A stretch of 64,000 nucleotides of DNA, taken from Takakia lepidozioides. Lineage: Eukaryota > Plantae > Bryophyta. The notes beneath the pieces were generated by a model, which was not told where the DNA came from, searched no databases, and was given only the letters and a program-made list of their open reading frames with translations. How positions within the stretch are numbered: the stretch's first letter is position 1; each line of letters begins with the position of its first letter. This document shows positions 43,940 through 58,900 of the stretch, piece by piece. The stretch is from contig CM060733.1 in the NCBI GenBank assembly GCA_030704615.1, positions 13,082,001-13,146,000 on the forward strand. Direction: 5' to 3'. The translations under genes and the position numbers were made by a program.

Positions 43940-46893
43940 TCCAATATCTCACTGTGGTGTGCGCTGTATCTTTCTGTTAAACATGTTTGATTCCTGCCAT
44001 TTCCAACACGGTCAAAATTTGTGCAGTAGCAATATCAAACGATGAACTTTATAGCATGATGTTAATGCAGCCTATCGAACTATCACCCAATTGGCCACGC
44101 AAAAGAGAGCGAGTTGATAGCCTGTTGATAGTGGAGGCCCATTAGCAAATTACTCGTCTTGCAAGTTAGTAACGCTTCGACAACATCACGGTCACGCCCG
44201 CTCCAATACTTACTTATATCCTTACATTACATATCATCTGGCAATGCATAGAGTGTCCTCAGGTCTGTACATTAGCATGGCGATCGCACAGAGTTCTCTT
44301 CTCGACGATTAGCAAAGGCCTTTCCCGTAGTGCGCGCACAGCTAACTTGGTGTGAAGAGGATCAGATGCGCCATGGCAAACAATTGAAGCCAAACATAGA
44401 AGGATAAAGAGAGGAGAGAGGCTTTCATCGGGAGTCTACCCTTCAAAGGTGAAGGGACACAAAGAGAGACCTCGCAACTGACATCGCGGGGAGCTTCGGC
44501 TGAATCATGTGCAATGTTTAACTTACTGTGGAACGCAGTTCTTTTTGGGTCAAAGTATTCAGTTACTTGCAGCCCCGTTGGCGCTCTCGTCCAGGGTCAA
44601 ATTGTCAAACTATGGGAGTGTGGCCAAGGTGGTTAGGGCACATGGCAGCCTTCGTATTGCGCAACCAGCCTCAGAACAGCTGGCTCCGAAATATAAGCAC
44701 AGTTGCATGCTGGCAACGGTTGCAGGTAAAGGTGAAATGACAAGAAGTTTCTAACAGCGCAGGTGTCCGCGTTTGATGAAATTCAGGGTTCCTCGGACGA
44801 CAGGTACCTCACAGTGGATCAATGGTGCTCTTCTCTCGGTTTTCTAATGATCCTCATTGTACAGTCACAAGAAGCTCTTCTATTAGGTGTTGCAGGTGTC
44901 ATGCATCATCATACGGCCAGTCTTGGTCTCGGTCTCGGTTATCAACACTAGGTGACGAGAATAGGCGAGTCTACTTCATGAGTTTATGAATGTGTTACGC
45001 AAGAGTAGCGTCAAAGCGGCCAAGTAGCCACGCCACACTGACTCACATAAGGTAAGTGGCATCTAGAAGTGTGCGCGACCTTATTATGTCCCCTATTTTT
45101 GATGAATGAAGTCATCCTTTTCATCCTAGTGCTGTGCACTTTTGTAAAGGAGGCGATTCAAGGTTAATTATTGCTGTTAATTACATAGCAGCCTATTGAT
45201 TCTTATTTCAAATTCCTAATTTGTTTTTGAAAGTGGAGGCGAGTGTTTTGGGACAATGGCCAATTAATACAGCAGCCAAGCATCAATGCAAATGGGATGC
45301 ATGGTGCACCTTATATAGTGTTACAATGCACACATTTTTATCATGCTTCCGTTGCCAAGGATGGCGGAAGAATGGGAAATGAGGGAGTTGTGGTCTTCTA
45401 GCTGTGTCCACGGGGACGGCTAGTTTAGGGTTCTCAGATGGCCATATATGAGGAGTTGTAGGTCAACTCAGGGCATACTTAAGGGTCCTACTTGGAGTTG
45501 TATATGGTCAGATTTTGCATAGGTCGTCATCCCTCCAAAGGAAGTATGGGTCCTTCCATAAGTAGATGTGCCCAATCTCGCGTTGGGAGACCGTTACTTT
45601 TGGGCCCGCACATGGCCTAGTTTTGTTAATTTTTGGGACAGTTGTAGTTGTAGGTGCACATCTTGTGCACTCAGGGCAACTTAAAGCACATATCAAGGAG
45701 GATTATATGGCATTATAGGATGGACCTACTGAGCAGTAGTGGGATAATATGCACTTTTATTTTGATAATTCATATATAATACATCCGTGATTGGAAAATT
45801 ATGTGCTTTGCACAAATGATTGTTGCTTCATTTGCTATTCTGCTCATATAATTTTTGTGACACTACACCCTATGAGGAGTTGCACACTGCTTAAAAGCAC
45901 ACTTCAAGATACCACTACCTTATCTCTCTTTGCATATTTTAGTTTGTTGCATATTTTTGCAGGATGACTAGGGTTTGACGACTAGTTGGAGAACAAGCGT
46001 GGTAAGTACGTAGGTACATAGATAAGCGAGTGGACATGGAAGCTTGTGCATGAGCACCACGTTCATTCCGAATGGTCGCCGCTCACTGGTAGTTGGGAAC
46101 TGGTGCGCAATGGAGTGGTGAGCCGGATGAGGGATAGGTGGCCTGTTCTGACAAAAACAAATAATAGACCAGCGTGGTTCCAGGATGCCGCACGGAGGAC
46201 CAAGTGTGATATTCCAAGCATGAATATATCACAACGCAACTGAATATTCCCAGGGACCTGTGGAGGGATAACACCAAAGACGATGAGGGTTGGCCACACA
46301 GAACTGTAAACTATGATTTGTATCAGATGGAGGGGTTAATTTTTATTGAGGAGAAGGTGGACGGTGGACTCGAGTAGTTGGTAAAATCTTATGCCCAGGC
46401 GAGTCTGCGCAAACTTGTCATCCATCCCGTCGAATTTTCCGCACCAGGACGGCGATCTGGCAATGGAGATTTGATGAGGGAAGCAGCATTCAGAAGAAGC
46501 ATCCTTCTCTTCACATACTCATCAACTATCTAGTAATAAGCTGAAACTCAGATCGTTTTGATTTATCTTTATTTTGTGAAAATGGCGATGATCCCTTCCT
46601 GGCAGAAGAACTTAGACTCCTGCTTGATGGAAAGTTGATGCAGCCATCTTAAGTTGGCGGGTTTAAGTTGGGAGGCCCGCAGACCTCTGATGACAAATTG
46701 GAACTCAGACAGATTCACATTTCAGAATCCTTACGACGATGACAATTCATGGAGAACACAGAACTTCTCAGAATGGAGCTTTATTTGAGCGATCGGTTGA
46801 ATGAACTTTAGTTCTCGATTCTCGCCTTTGCCAGAGGAGGATCCCAAGTACAAGCCTTCAAGAAACTGTCATTTCTGAGCAGGTGCATTTATC

Positions 46894-49800
46894 ATGGGAG
46901 GGTGTGCATCCACCCTGCACCAGGAAAGGCGCAGACGTGGTTTTGGAAGGCACAGACATCGTTCCAGAAGGTCTTCCACGAGATTTAGGAGAGGGTCTGC
47001 TAAACTTGTGATTCCAGTATCTGGGGCATCTCTTGAGAATGCAGCGCAGGTTTTGGCGTCAGGGAATAATGTGATGACTGCAGGTTCACCTGCAAGTGCC
47101 TTTGTCATCGAGAAAGAGCCTCTTGGTGTGCTCGAAAATGGTGTGACAAGGAGAAAGACGATTGGAAATGCTAATGGAGACCATCAGTCTTCAGCAAGAC
47201 AAAGTCTGTCCCGGAATCTCTCCATTGGTAATGGTTGCACCGATCTTGTCGGCTATATATATGCAAATATCTTTCTGAATTTGTGTTCAATATAAATACA
47301 ATCGAAAGCGTGTCCGTTGCATAGTCCTGATCGGCCAATTCGGAGGCTGTCAGTCTACTGATGGCTAGCGGCTGACCTAATCCCTTGCACAGAAGCACTT
47401 GTGTTCCACGCAATCGCAGCGGTATCCAGAGATGGAAAACTGAACCGGAAACACACAATGAGACGGCGGTGGTGCTTGTAACCCTTCTCGAACCCGAAAA
47501 GTTATACTGCCCTTGAGTAACGTTGACTCGGAAGAAAAGTATTACAAAATCATCCAGCGTTGAAGGGGCCCATGAAGGGCTTAGACTGAGGAGAGAGGTT
47601 TCAAGTTGTAAAAGAAATATGAAATGCTACAGACACAGAGAGACTGAAACAGAGCGAAATACATTACTTTGATGTACCAATTACTGGACTTCCAAGTGGC
47701 AAATAGCTTCTAAGGTCAGTGTCTGGTGGAATTTAGAAGGGAAAGTAGTTGTCTGTCATAAATGTGTTTACAGTTGCCGTAATCAGTAACTGACTTTACT
47801 AGGAGGAAAGTATGAATGGTAATTTCTAAGGGTTTTGCATGCACTCAAGTAGGTTCTGGATTACAGCATCATATCCAACATCCAAAGGCGGTTTGACGAA
47901 TTTGAGGACAATTTTGTTTCATGAGTTCATCTGTGTGTGGCATAAAACATGTACGGTTCCAGTACGCAAGTAGCTCCAGAAGTAGGAGCTTACCTATTTG
48001 GTGTAGTTCCTTCATGCTTATTCTTGGTATGAGATGTTGGATGATGTTTGTGTACAGGGTGTCTATGGCGAAGAAGTAACCTGCTTGTAGTCTGGGGCCT
48101 GGGATTATTAAACTACTCCCATGTCCTGGGATTAGTCAAGGATGAATTGGGAGTTAGGATAGTGAGTGCAGATCTGTTTTAAATGAGGCCAGAGCCTGGC
48201 AGCCATGACTGGGATTTCTGTGATGATTGTTTGGTTCACAGTCTTGTACAGTTACGAGCACCTGGTTGCAATTTGGGTGCATAATAGTAAGGTCCTTCAA
48301 ATGTATAAACCATGGATTAGGATTTGATGCTGTCCAGGGCTTTAGGGTAGAGAGAGTCCTTCCACTGCTGAGGTATGATATGCCTTCTCTGTTACCAGAG
48401 TTCAGGAGTGAAAACACATGTTTCAGATGGGCTGCATTTGAGGCTCTGTTCCTGTATTTTGGTGCTCTTTGAGTTTACTCTCAGCAAGCTCATGAAAGTA
48501 GAGATTCTGCTGCAATGCTCTGCCAGTGAGCATAACTCATAGATTCTGTGCAAAAAGTATTGTCTTCCATCTTCATACCTTTACATCAAAGCTTTGGAAC
48601 ATTGTTCTAAATCATAGAAGATGTCCAGTGTGGTGCACATGGGAGACGCTGATGGGGATCCCGCCTGTTTGGAACGGGAGGTGACTATCTTTCCTGCAGG
48701 GCCTCCTGGTCTGGTGAACTCATACTATGTTGTCATTTGCAAAGACACAAGTTCAAGTCGTTTTTCATCAGTTGTTGGCATGCTTGCTAGTACTGTCCCA
48801 TCAGTGTGAAATCGCCAAAGTATAAAAGCTTTTTGGTGCTAATGCTATTGCATATGCATGTCCTGTCGGACACCTCCTTGTCAAGCAAGCAGTCCAAGTT
48901 CTGTTGGTGATACAGGGTATCCGAATAATCTGTACATTCGTTTTCTTATATATCATGAAACAGTCACATATCAGCACATAGCTTCACTGGTTGCACGTTT
49001 GATGGAGCTTGTCCTTATTTGTGATGCTAAATGTTAGGTCTTGTGTTTACATTGATTCAGGGAGCAATGAGGAGACATGGTATGATGCTGAGGAGGAAGC
49101 TGATAACAGTGAGGAATATCTGACTGTTCATGAGTTTTGGTCAATGAATGGTGATTAGTTCTGCTCCACATGTTCACCTTACTATCCATGATCAAGGTGG
49201 CCTGGACATGGACAAAAGATATAAATGTTTGCAAGTCCTTTGGAGGCCCTTGTGTATTGATGTAGTCATGTATGACAAACTTTCAAAGCAGTGCACTGTT
49301 TTACCATTTGATACCTTGCCCTGCAGATTTTAGGATCGTTCTTGATGGTTTAAGGTGAACTTAGTTTGTATACATTTGCTTCGATTGACATAATTTGGGA
49401 ATCGACTAACATCCCTGGATTCATACCTCTTATCTGTGTCTTATAAGCAGCCACTGCCTGAGGGCCATCACTGTGGAGCTTTCAGCGTGGGTTCTACTGA
49501 CTAGATTGGAAATCATGTTTGTGTAATTTGCTGTGCACTCCCATAGTCTTGTTACTCTATCACCTTTTTAACTTTCACTTGAAAGATTTAAGACTGAATT
49601 TGTTGATAGAATCAAGAGTGGAAGCTAGGTTATTTTTCATGAGGAAAGGCGAAAGGGGTTACAAAAAGAGATTCATTAGAAAACTTTTCTCTGTTATGCT
49701 TTTGCAGATTTTCTCAACACTAAGAGTGCACCAGCAAGTACTCCATCTTCACAGAGGCCTTCATATTCTGCCTTGAGGGAAGGCATGGCAAAAGTTGAAG

Positions 49801-52800
49801 CGTGGATTGCGGGTACATCGGGCAGGGCTGCTGCACCAGATAGCCCTGTAGGGAGTAGTTCCCCAGGGATTGATCAGAATGGAGGCACTGACAATGCTGT
49901 AGATCCTCGGGTGAGAATGTAAACTGCTGATCATTTCCCACAAGTTTTGCTGCTCACTTTTTTCCTTTATACACTACTAAAATTCGTTTGCAAGGTTTTA
50001 GGCATCATAAATTTTCAGCTTTTCTGGCATTTGCTTTACTTCTTGACACATTTCTTTATCATTTTTAACCCTTTACTGGTGGATGAACCTTGTACATTCA
50101 GTGCTTGGACAGATTTGAAGTACGGATACTATCCTTCTCCTTGTAATCTATTCTTACTTAACCGAGATCAATGGTACTCATCAGGTGTTGCACAGTAAAT
50201 CCCTGGGGGGCGGTTTGCGGAAAGAAAAAGTATTGCAGATGACTGCATCAGAAAAGGGAGTGAATGGAAGAGGCAAGTTGGAGAGGCCTGTTGCATTGGC
50301 TGTTGATGAGGTGGGAAGGCGGCCAAGTGCATCAGAGACTTCGCCAGGCTGCAGTTCACGAGCAAATACTGAAGGATCTTCAGGAAGGGGGGAGAAAGGA
50401 AAAACCTCGTGCTTACCACGTTTTCCTCTCAGTTTCAATAGCAGGAGTCGACCTCAGAGCCCTCAGGTTGTTTCACTGAAAAGGAAAGGGCCAACAAAGT
50501 GCATGTCCTTCAAGCGGCGAGGTGCCCCACATGATGATGCTGAGCCTGGTGAGAATAAAAGACTTCCCAGTAGTGGAAATATTTTTTCAGCTTTCTTTTG
50601 CTCTGAAATTGTCTGAGGGAATTAGTCTTGGGGCATGGTTTGATGTTTTATGAGCTGATTTCATGTTGGTCTATGGACACATGGAAGGGGCAAAGATTCC
50701 TCCAAACTTGGAGTTGATGGAAGGGTTGAGTTGATTTTACAACCTTCAAAGATGAAAGACAAAACAAAAGGAACACATATTTTGTAGCAATCAAGCAATT
50801 GAACTGCCTGAGACTAAAGGAGTTTTCTGGTCTTGGGAATGGAGATGAGTTTGCAGTGCCCTCAAAATTCATCCTAGCGAGGCCTATTGCTGGTTCCCAG
50901 ATTCCTCGCTGCTCTCCGGAGAAACCACTGGATGGATGCTGGTCAGCTGTGAGTTCCTCAGCTTTCAAATTGCGGGGCCTGAATTATGCAAAGTAAGTTA
51001 GATTACACCTATGAATGCTGTTATAGTGATGTGAAGCAGATTATAATATGACTTCATGCATTTAAATGCCCGCTCTCTTACATTTTCGAGGCAGTGTTAC
51101 CTTTCTCGGGTAACCCTGTCATATATGATTTCTGAAGGATTTCAAAGACCTGGCTATAGCTTCTTACTACTCATATCCCATGTGTGTGTTTTCCCAATTG
51201 ACTGCCCATGACTCGCCTCTTTTATGGGCGACAATTGGGTTTTGGTGGCTGCAGGGATAAGAAGAAGCTGGCTGCACCAGACCTTGCTGTGTTTGAACCC
51301 ATAGGGGTAGACCTTTTTATGTCTCCAAGAAAAATTGCCCATGTTGCTCAATTTGTGGAGCTCCCATTCCAAGACTTGAGAAGGGGACCTGAAAACCTTC
51401 CAGTCCTCTTGATTGTGAATATCCAGGTACTTGACAACAACCAGTAGGACGCCTAAAAAACGTAATCATTTGAAGTATGCAATCCTCATGGTTTGAATAT
51501 TGGCTAGCACAGGAGTTTTAACGTTGCCGTTGTCCATAAATTTGATGTGGAATGCCATCCTGTATTTCTCTTCGGAATAGAAAGTGAGGCTTCAACTGTT
51601 GACCATTGCATGAAGAAGAGCATGCAATGACAAAGTTAAAGCGGTTTAACATGTCATGGAAGGGCAAGAGGCCCCATGTCTTGATTACCCTCACATCCAA
51701 TGTAATCATGGGTCAATTAGCCAGAGTTGCTTCTGTAAGACTTCCATTACCAAAGATTGCAATCCTAAGTTGACTCTGTGTGGGATGTTGATGCAGCTAC
51801 CAATGTACCAGCCCCCTATGTTTGGAACGGAGAACGATGGCAATGGTTTGAACCTTGTATTGTACTTTAAGCTATCGGAGGCAGGAAGGAAACAGGCCCC
51901 TCCACATCTTAAGGAGACCCTTAAGGTGTGATCTCTTCCTCCTTCGCTGTTACTCTTTTTCTCTCTCCCTTCTCAAACATCACGCTTCTCAGTGGTGTTG
52001 GCAAGATATTTTGCAGAGTTATAAGTACTCGTCTCAAGGTTGATCTGGAGTCTAGAGGTTGGCTTTTGGAGAAATTAGTGGCTGTGTGGATCATATCGTC
52101 ACTCTAAGCCAGATAATCCAGGGAAGGAAAAAAGAAGGGAAACCCACTTTTGTCTTTTTCTTGGATGTCGAAGGGCTTATGGCAGTGTGGAGAAACGGTC
52201 TAATTTTTTCCACTGCAGAGGGATCAACTCTGAAGTTAAAAAAAAAACCATGCTTTGCTGCATTATTAGGCCTGCCTTGGAGCACGCATCTGCAGTGTGG
52301 GTTGATAACTCCAACCAGGCTAAGTCTCTAGAATCCATTCAAGTGGGGGTGCTCAAGGAGTGCATGTCAGCATGCTCCAAAACAGCTAATGTGGCTGTTC
52401 AGGGTGAGTTTGGCATCCCTCCCTTAGAGATGAATTCAAGGTCAGATGGTGGGGTCAGCTGCAACGTATGACTAAAATCAGATATCCTAAGTTAATCGAC
52501 TTTATGTCTTTGAATCAGGATCGCCCTGTCAAACAGGCTAAGTCCTGGCGGAAGAGGATAGAATAGATTTTCAAGGATCTGAATCGAAGTCCGCAAGTCT
52601 TGACCCTGCTGGATACATCTGACTTAGAGGCTGTAGTGTCCAAAGCCATGTCTGTTTCCAGGAAATTGTCTGATGAAAATAAGTTAGGCAGAAAACTTCC
52701 CTGAGCTTGTTTCCAGTCTGTGACATGGGGGAGGCCATCATGGATGACCTCAAGGGTTTACCCACTCTCGGCACTAGACTGAAATTTAAGCTCAGGGCGG

Positions 52801-54640
52801 GAAGCCTACCGTTGAACAGCAAACAGATGCAGAGAGGAAGGGGGTTTATAGAGTTCATGATGGCTCGGTACATAGCAATAGCAGATGAAATTGTTGTTTG
52901 ATTTCAATATGACAGAGTTGTAGCGTTGGTAAACCAACAATCTTCGGGGAAGTTATTGTAAGAAGAAACTGTAAAAGATGCTTGTTGATGGCAATTGATC
53001 TCTACACGTACATCATGTGATCCTTTCGAGCAATGGTTGGTTTTAGCACTAAGAGCTCACTCTTTTGACTGGGTGTGTGGTTTCTGGGACAAAAAAACCA
53101 GAAGTTTCTGGAGGATGAGACAGAGAGTGTGAAGGGGTTTGTGGGAGATACCCAGGTTCCCTTTAGGGATCGCCTCAAACTGGTGTCCCGGCTGGTGAAT
53201 CCAGATGAGGTGAAACTGGGTGGTGCTGAAAAGCAACTCGTGTCAACTTACAATGAGAAGCCCATCCTGACACGCCCACAGCATGTATTCTACAAGGTGT
53301 GTATGCAGGCGTGGCTCTTCCTTTCTCCCTAAACCAAATTCGAAAAAAGATTTTAAACTGGGTGATACATTGGTCCTCCATTTGGAAGATCTTGTTCACT
53401 TCTGGATTAGTCTGATCGATTGAACAGTGCAAGGCATGTGTAGCATGTCTGTTTCTTCAATTCTGTTTCCTCAAAGTCATTCAAAGATTAATATGTTTGC
53501 ATTCTTGTTGGGGTGTTGAAAAAGCAAAGTTGCTTCTCTTCATTACTTGATCTGTTTGAAAGGTGAGAGAAATTTGGGAATATGTACACTGTAGACTGTA
53601 GTGAGACAGATGTATTCATGAACAGTTCCCTGTGTACTTGGCTATCATGAGGGTCAGGAGAGAAGGGGAGGAGAGGGAGACAAGTTGTATTTTTTGATTT
53701 GGCCTGGGATGGAGAAAAAGGGAGAGATGGAATCTTATTGGTAAACATAGTCATCAGAATATGTCAGATTTTCTGTTCTGATATTGTCTGCAATTTGGAT
53801 GAACACAGGAGTCCAACTACTTAGAGGTGGATCTGGATGTTCATCGGTTTGCTTATTTGGCACGCAAGGGATTGGACATGTTCCGAGAGCGTCTAAAAGA
53901 TTGTGTTATTGATATTGGCTTCACGATTCAGGTATCTTTACAGAGATATTGATCCCTACTGGAGATATGGAAGATTGCCCCCTTACTAATTTGCCTTACG
54001 ATTTTTTTTTAAAGGATGAGGAGAGCATGTCACAAAGAGCAGGACATCTGTCATTTACTTTTCTGGTGCAGGCTTCAATGAAAGTGGATGTTATCTAGTC
54101 TGCCTTATCTGTCAATACTGTTATCACACAAATAAATCAAAAGGAGCTTCATATTAAGGGTTAGAATAAAAGTGTTGGTAATCCCAGCAATACTCCCCCT
54201 GTATGAAAATGACCAGCCCAAATTATTTCCAGTACCTTGGTTGATTTGAATGGTCCTTCTGACACAATGACAATTGCTTCAAGGGCTCTCCTTGTCCCTC
54301 ATGTGCATCAGGGGGAGAATGAACCTTGGCGATTCATAAGACAAACAATCATGGAATAAGGGATTGGAAAAAATACACTTCAGTTCCTCAAAAGAGACCA
54401 CCATCCCTATCTCAGGTTTCATCGGTGGGGTTAGAACCCTTCCACTTCAGAATGTTTCCAATGGTCAATTGCGTGCAACTGACAATTGGTTTGTATGCGT
54501 TCCTGCAGACAAGCACAGCACAGGAACTGCCTGAGCATTTACTTGGTGGGATCCGACTGAACAGAGTTGACCCTGGAATTTTCAGAGTTCTGCCTAGCAA
54601 TGGTGCTGAGGCCACCCTTCCTGCGGGGAATGCAGAGTAG
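46894..54640 (+). CDS. DUF1336 / EDR2 C-terminal domain protein, multi-exon
   Basis: MGGCAS start, [18 protein letters not shown]...[66 protein letters not shown] and ELPEHLL. Confidence 0.92.
52060..52845 (+). mobile_element. Family A LINE remnant with RT and thumb fragments (internally deleted) in a DUF1336 intron
   Basis: [12 protein letters not shown]...FVFFLDV...VWRNGL (RT), [13 protein letters not shown]...LESIQ...[15 protein letters not shown], then [24 protein letters not shown], shared with the 22.8 and 35.2 kb copies. Confidence 0.85.
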
Positions 54641-55999
54641 TTACTAGGCCTGTGCTATGTCCTTGCTGCAGGAACCATAATACTAGAGTGCAAAGTGTGC
54701 ATTCTGACTGACTAACCCATTTTCCGTCCTCCTGCCGCATTGGCACAAGTAGACTGTCTTTGGGTGATAACCATGTCCTGAGCAGCAAAGCCATTGTCCA
54801 CCCTGGGGTGGGTCATATGATGTTACAGAACGGTATTGTGGAAGTTGTGTGTCACAATGCCTTCCAAGCATTCTGGGCCATTCTAGCACATTTTTGTAAA
54901 TTTTGGTTGTACCTCTGGGCAATATTGGCCTCTAGGGTCCTGATGGTGTGAGGAGGTTGGCATCGATCTACTTCTTCGAGTTGAAGCTGGCGAATCCTGC
55001 TGCCTTAATTTCATCCTGAACCGTAAGTAGCTGCCAGCATGTGCAAGATGAGTTCGAATTATTGAGTGTAAACATAAGGTGGTTGAGCTAGGACAACTTA
55101 ATGATGTAAGACGGTCATTTCCCAGGTGCTAATTTTCAAAGGCGCACTCAGCTACTAGAAAATAATTTGGTTAGCTAGCTTGTAGTATTCCTATTCTGGA
55201 TTTATGGTTCTGATCCGGAAGAGACCTCTCCACATTCAGGATTTAAAGTGATGGCTAATGGGTAGAGAAATGTGTGTCTGGAGACTTGTACCCAGTTGTG
55301 TGCAGGCATGATGTAGCTTCACTAGAAACGTTTTTTGCATTTCCTTGCATCCTGAGGAGACACAATGTCTCTCACTTGGGTTGACTCTTGTCTGAGCACA
55401 AGTGAGGTGCAGAGTTGGACGGACGGAACTGACTTTAGCAATTTAAACATTCCTTTGACCAATTGTCCTCTTAAGAAAAAAGAAAAAAAGAAAAGCCTAC
55501 CTCCCTGTGCGTGACTACTATGTTCAACTACCTTGTATTCAAGCCCTTTGCCTCAGCCTTGTACAGTGTCCCACTTTGCTTGTGCCAGGAACTGCCAATC
55601 TGCACCAAATCTTCAAGAGTAAGGAAATATTCGTGAAACGCACATCAAACGGGGCGTTGGCTGAAGCCCGTGGCCCATTTGCACTCAGTTATTTCATTTT
55701 GCCTGTGCGTGATAGCATTGAAAGCACAGGTATGTGTGATATGGGATTGACCTCAAAACGTCTCCAAGGATAATGCTTTTGTAGGAACAAAGAAGCCATA
55801 CTTGTGCAATAAAAAATCTGTATTTCTCTTTATTAAATCAGCCAAGATATGAGGACTCCTTTTTGGGACCACATACAAATTTGAAGATTGATAATTGTGG
55901 GAGATGGAGGCGGAAGTGGAGCTCCGCGTTTCGCGGTGAGTGAGCAGGCCTTGCCAACGTCTCTCTCTCAGGCATCCTTGGCAGCTCCTATCGCAGTCT

Positions 56000-58900
56000 T
56001 CTCGCACGCAAGTCCTCGCAATCACACTAAGCATCATCGCCTTGTCCTTCGGTGTATCTCACGCACCCCCTGAATCATTTTAACCCATCATCATCCCTCG
56101 CTCCCTCCCACCGAAAGAACCCATCCGCCTTCTACACAAGCTTCATCCTCTCATAAACCTCTCCCCTCCTCCTTAATGCAGAGCCGTCTTGTAGCAGGAT
56201 TTGTCCCCTCAATCCATGTTTAACCTCTATCCAGCCAATCAAAATCCTCACCCTTACATCTAAGTTATGATAGCCGCCAAGCTCTGGCTTCATCCTCCAG
56301 GCAACCGTCACCTTCACTAATTACATCCGTGTTCAGCCCCGCCAGCCTTCGCAGCCACCCTCCCCAGCCCTCTCATCTCTCTCAGGTCCCATCACTGTTC
56401 GCTCTCGAAGCACACTCGCGCTCACGCTGTTTTGTGTTTCCTGCCAACTTCGCCTGACGGATCCTCGCTACATTCTATCTCTTACTTCCTTACGTTATCT
56501 AAGCTGCTCCTTTTCCTCTTCTTCTCCACCCCTTCAATCCCTCTTCATTCATGGGTCCTAAATTCAACAGAGTCTTCAAGCCAGCTCCTCCAAGGACTGG
56601 GCCTTCCAGGTTGGTTCAATTTCGTCGCAGGCTTCCTTCCACAGGGACCGGTTTCTACATGGCGCACCAAGTCCAAGCTATAGGACTGATCCACCCTGTT
56701 CCCTCTCCCTTGAATCTACCCCTGGCTACCAACTACGCCCCAAGCTCCTCAAGCTTGCCAGCTCCAGCTCAAGGGAATGTCAGTGACTCCAGTCCACAAC
56801 GCTCCTCACCCCCAAGTCTGGGTACTGATCTCGAAGATGGATCGCCAGGTGACGTTTCAGCACTGCAGCAGGCAATGAACAAGGACTACCCCCTGCTAGA
56901 CATCGACATGGTTCACTTAGACGGCCAAGTTGCAGATGTCAAAAGCAAAGGAGTTCTACTACACTTCCCGGGGAAGAAGGTGGGCAGGACGGTCGCGCGA
57001 GAATGGGCGATCAGGCATCTCGGAGGATCGGGAGACCTGAATCACCACTTTTGCCAACCCAGGGGCAAAGGATTCTTCTCAATAATTTTGGAGTCTAGGG
57101 AGACAGCAGAAGAAGCCCTGTCTTTCAACCCCCACCTGCATGGATTCAATGTGAATATTTTTCCATGGTCTATAGATATGGGGAACAAGAACGGCAAAGT
57201 ATGGGGTCCTAGGATCATCTCGCTCCCCTACATTCCAGACCAATACATCTTCAACCTTCCTGACATTGGCAACTATTTTGGCTCCTTCCTGGGCTACTTT
57301 GCAGTGTTCGAACCTGGTACGTGCACGAAAGCATTGAGGGAGAATCCAGCAAGGAGAGGGAAAACCATTGCATCAAGGCCAAATGAAAATGGCTTTCCTA
57401 AAATCATGGTTATAATGCCAATTGATTACATTTTGCCAGAGTTTATCAAGCTGCCCATCGACTTACAAAGGAATTACTTCTCGGTCAAAATTTCCGAGGA
57501 TACCTCACATTCAGCTTGTTATAACTGTGGTATGTCCGGGCATCTAGGAGCAAACTGTCCCAAAGCTAAAAGAAACATAGATGGTTCTAATCAAACAGGG
57601 GCCAAGCCAGCAACCCTTATTCCAAGCCATCCTGCCCCCTCAAGCTCTCAAAAACAAGGGCTACCGGAATCTACCTTTCCCGGCAACCCTCCCAAGGCAA
57701 CAGGAAGCCGAGAGTGGATATCGGACATCCAGCAAATTTCTACCTCCCCCCCCCCCCTGCAAAGAAAAGGAAGGAATTTGTTGGACCCCATGCTACTGGA
57801 AGCTACTTCAGCACCCGCCATTGAGCTACAGAAACACAACGGAATTTTAGAATGGGAAATGTAAGCTGCTGCCAACAAAGGGAATTCCGACGCTTCCACC
57901 GCCAGGATTCTCAAGCGTCCAGCTGCAGCTGCCAAGGCCACCCCCCCCCCCCCCCCCCCCCCCCTCTTCCACGCCCCTCACCAGTAGCGCACAACCCGAT
58001 CATAGCAAGAATCTGCACCAAGCTGAGGTCTTTCCTGGGTTTGGCTCTGAGAGGCTGTTCGCAGCTACTTCCCACATCTACCAAAGCCCCGGTGGCAACC
58101 TGCCTCACACCACTGATTTTTAGGAGGAAGCCGTCTCCAGCCTTTCTGGTTACAGCTAGGGATGGAATGCACTTTGACTCTATCTGGATCACTACCAGGG
58201 ATGTCCAAGCCTTCATTGCAAAATGCCCTATGGACAGTAGTCCCATCCCCACCATGTGCAACAAAATCCAGGATTACCTCAAATCCAGATTCCCAGCTTA
58301 CTCCCTACCTTCTCAATCGTCGCTCACTTGGGGCACTTATGTTGAAGCCTTTCTGGGCTTATGCGAGGACCTCTCACCCAATACCCACATTCTGGCACTA
58401 TTGGATGAGGCTCAATTAGTCCTCAACTAGTGCCCAATCATGGTACACTTCCAGGGGTCTGGGCTGAGCCCACTCACTTCCATGACCCGTGCGCCTCCTC
58501 CAAGACTCTGACTAGAACAAGAGACACCATCGGCAACGCTTTCACTATTGTCTATGCAATTCTGGAGTCGGTAAGGCAGGGATGCCCCCTCGCTCCCTTC
58601 CTTTTCTTTTTTGTGGTGGATGCGCTAGGTTACATGTTTGACAATAATCTCCTAGTCAAAGGATTAAGACTGCACAATCCCAAAACCCAGATCTGGAGAC
58701 AAGTGAAAGATTCCATTTTCGTGGATGACACTTTTCTGCTTTTAGAGGCTACCCCTGAGACCCTGGTTGCAGCGGAAGAAACACTTCTTGGCTTTTGTCG
58801 AGTTTCGGGCTTCAAAGTCAACTGGACCAAAACAAAAGCTCTACTGATAGGAGATCCATCCAAGTCTGGAATAGGGGTAGCACCCACATGGGGAGGTCAC

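Noticed and set aside
57852-58430. Apparent third LINE ORF starting MGNVSCC (acylation-like N-terminus)
   Set aside because: The ORF1 frame reads on plausibly past the TAA (AAANKGNS...KATPPP) into a poly-C run. A premature stop plus a homopolymer frameshift explains it more simply.
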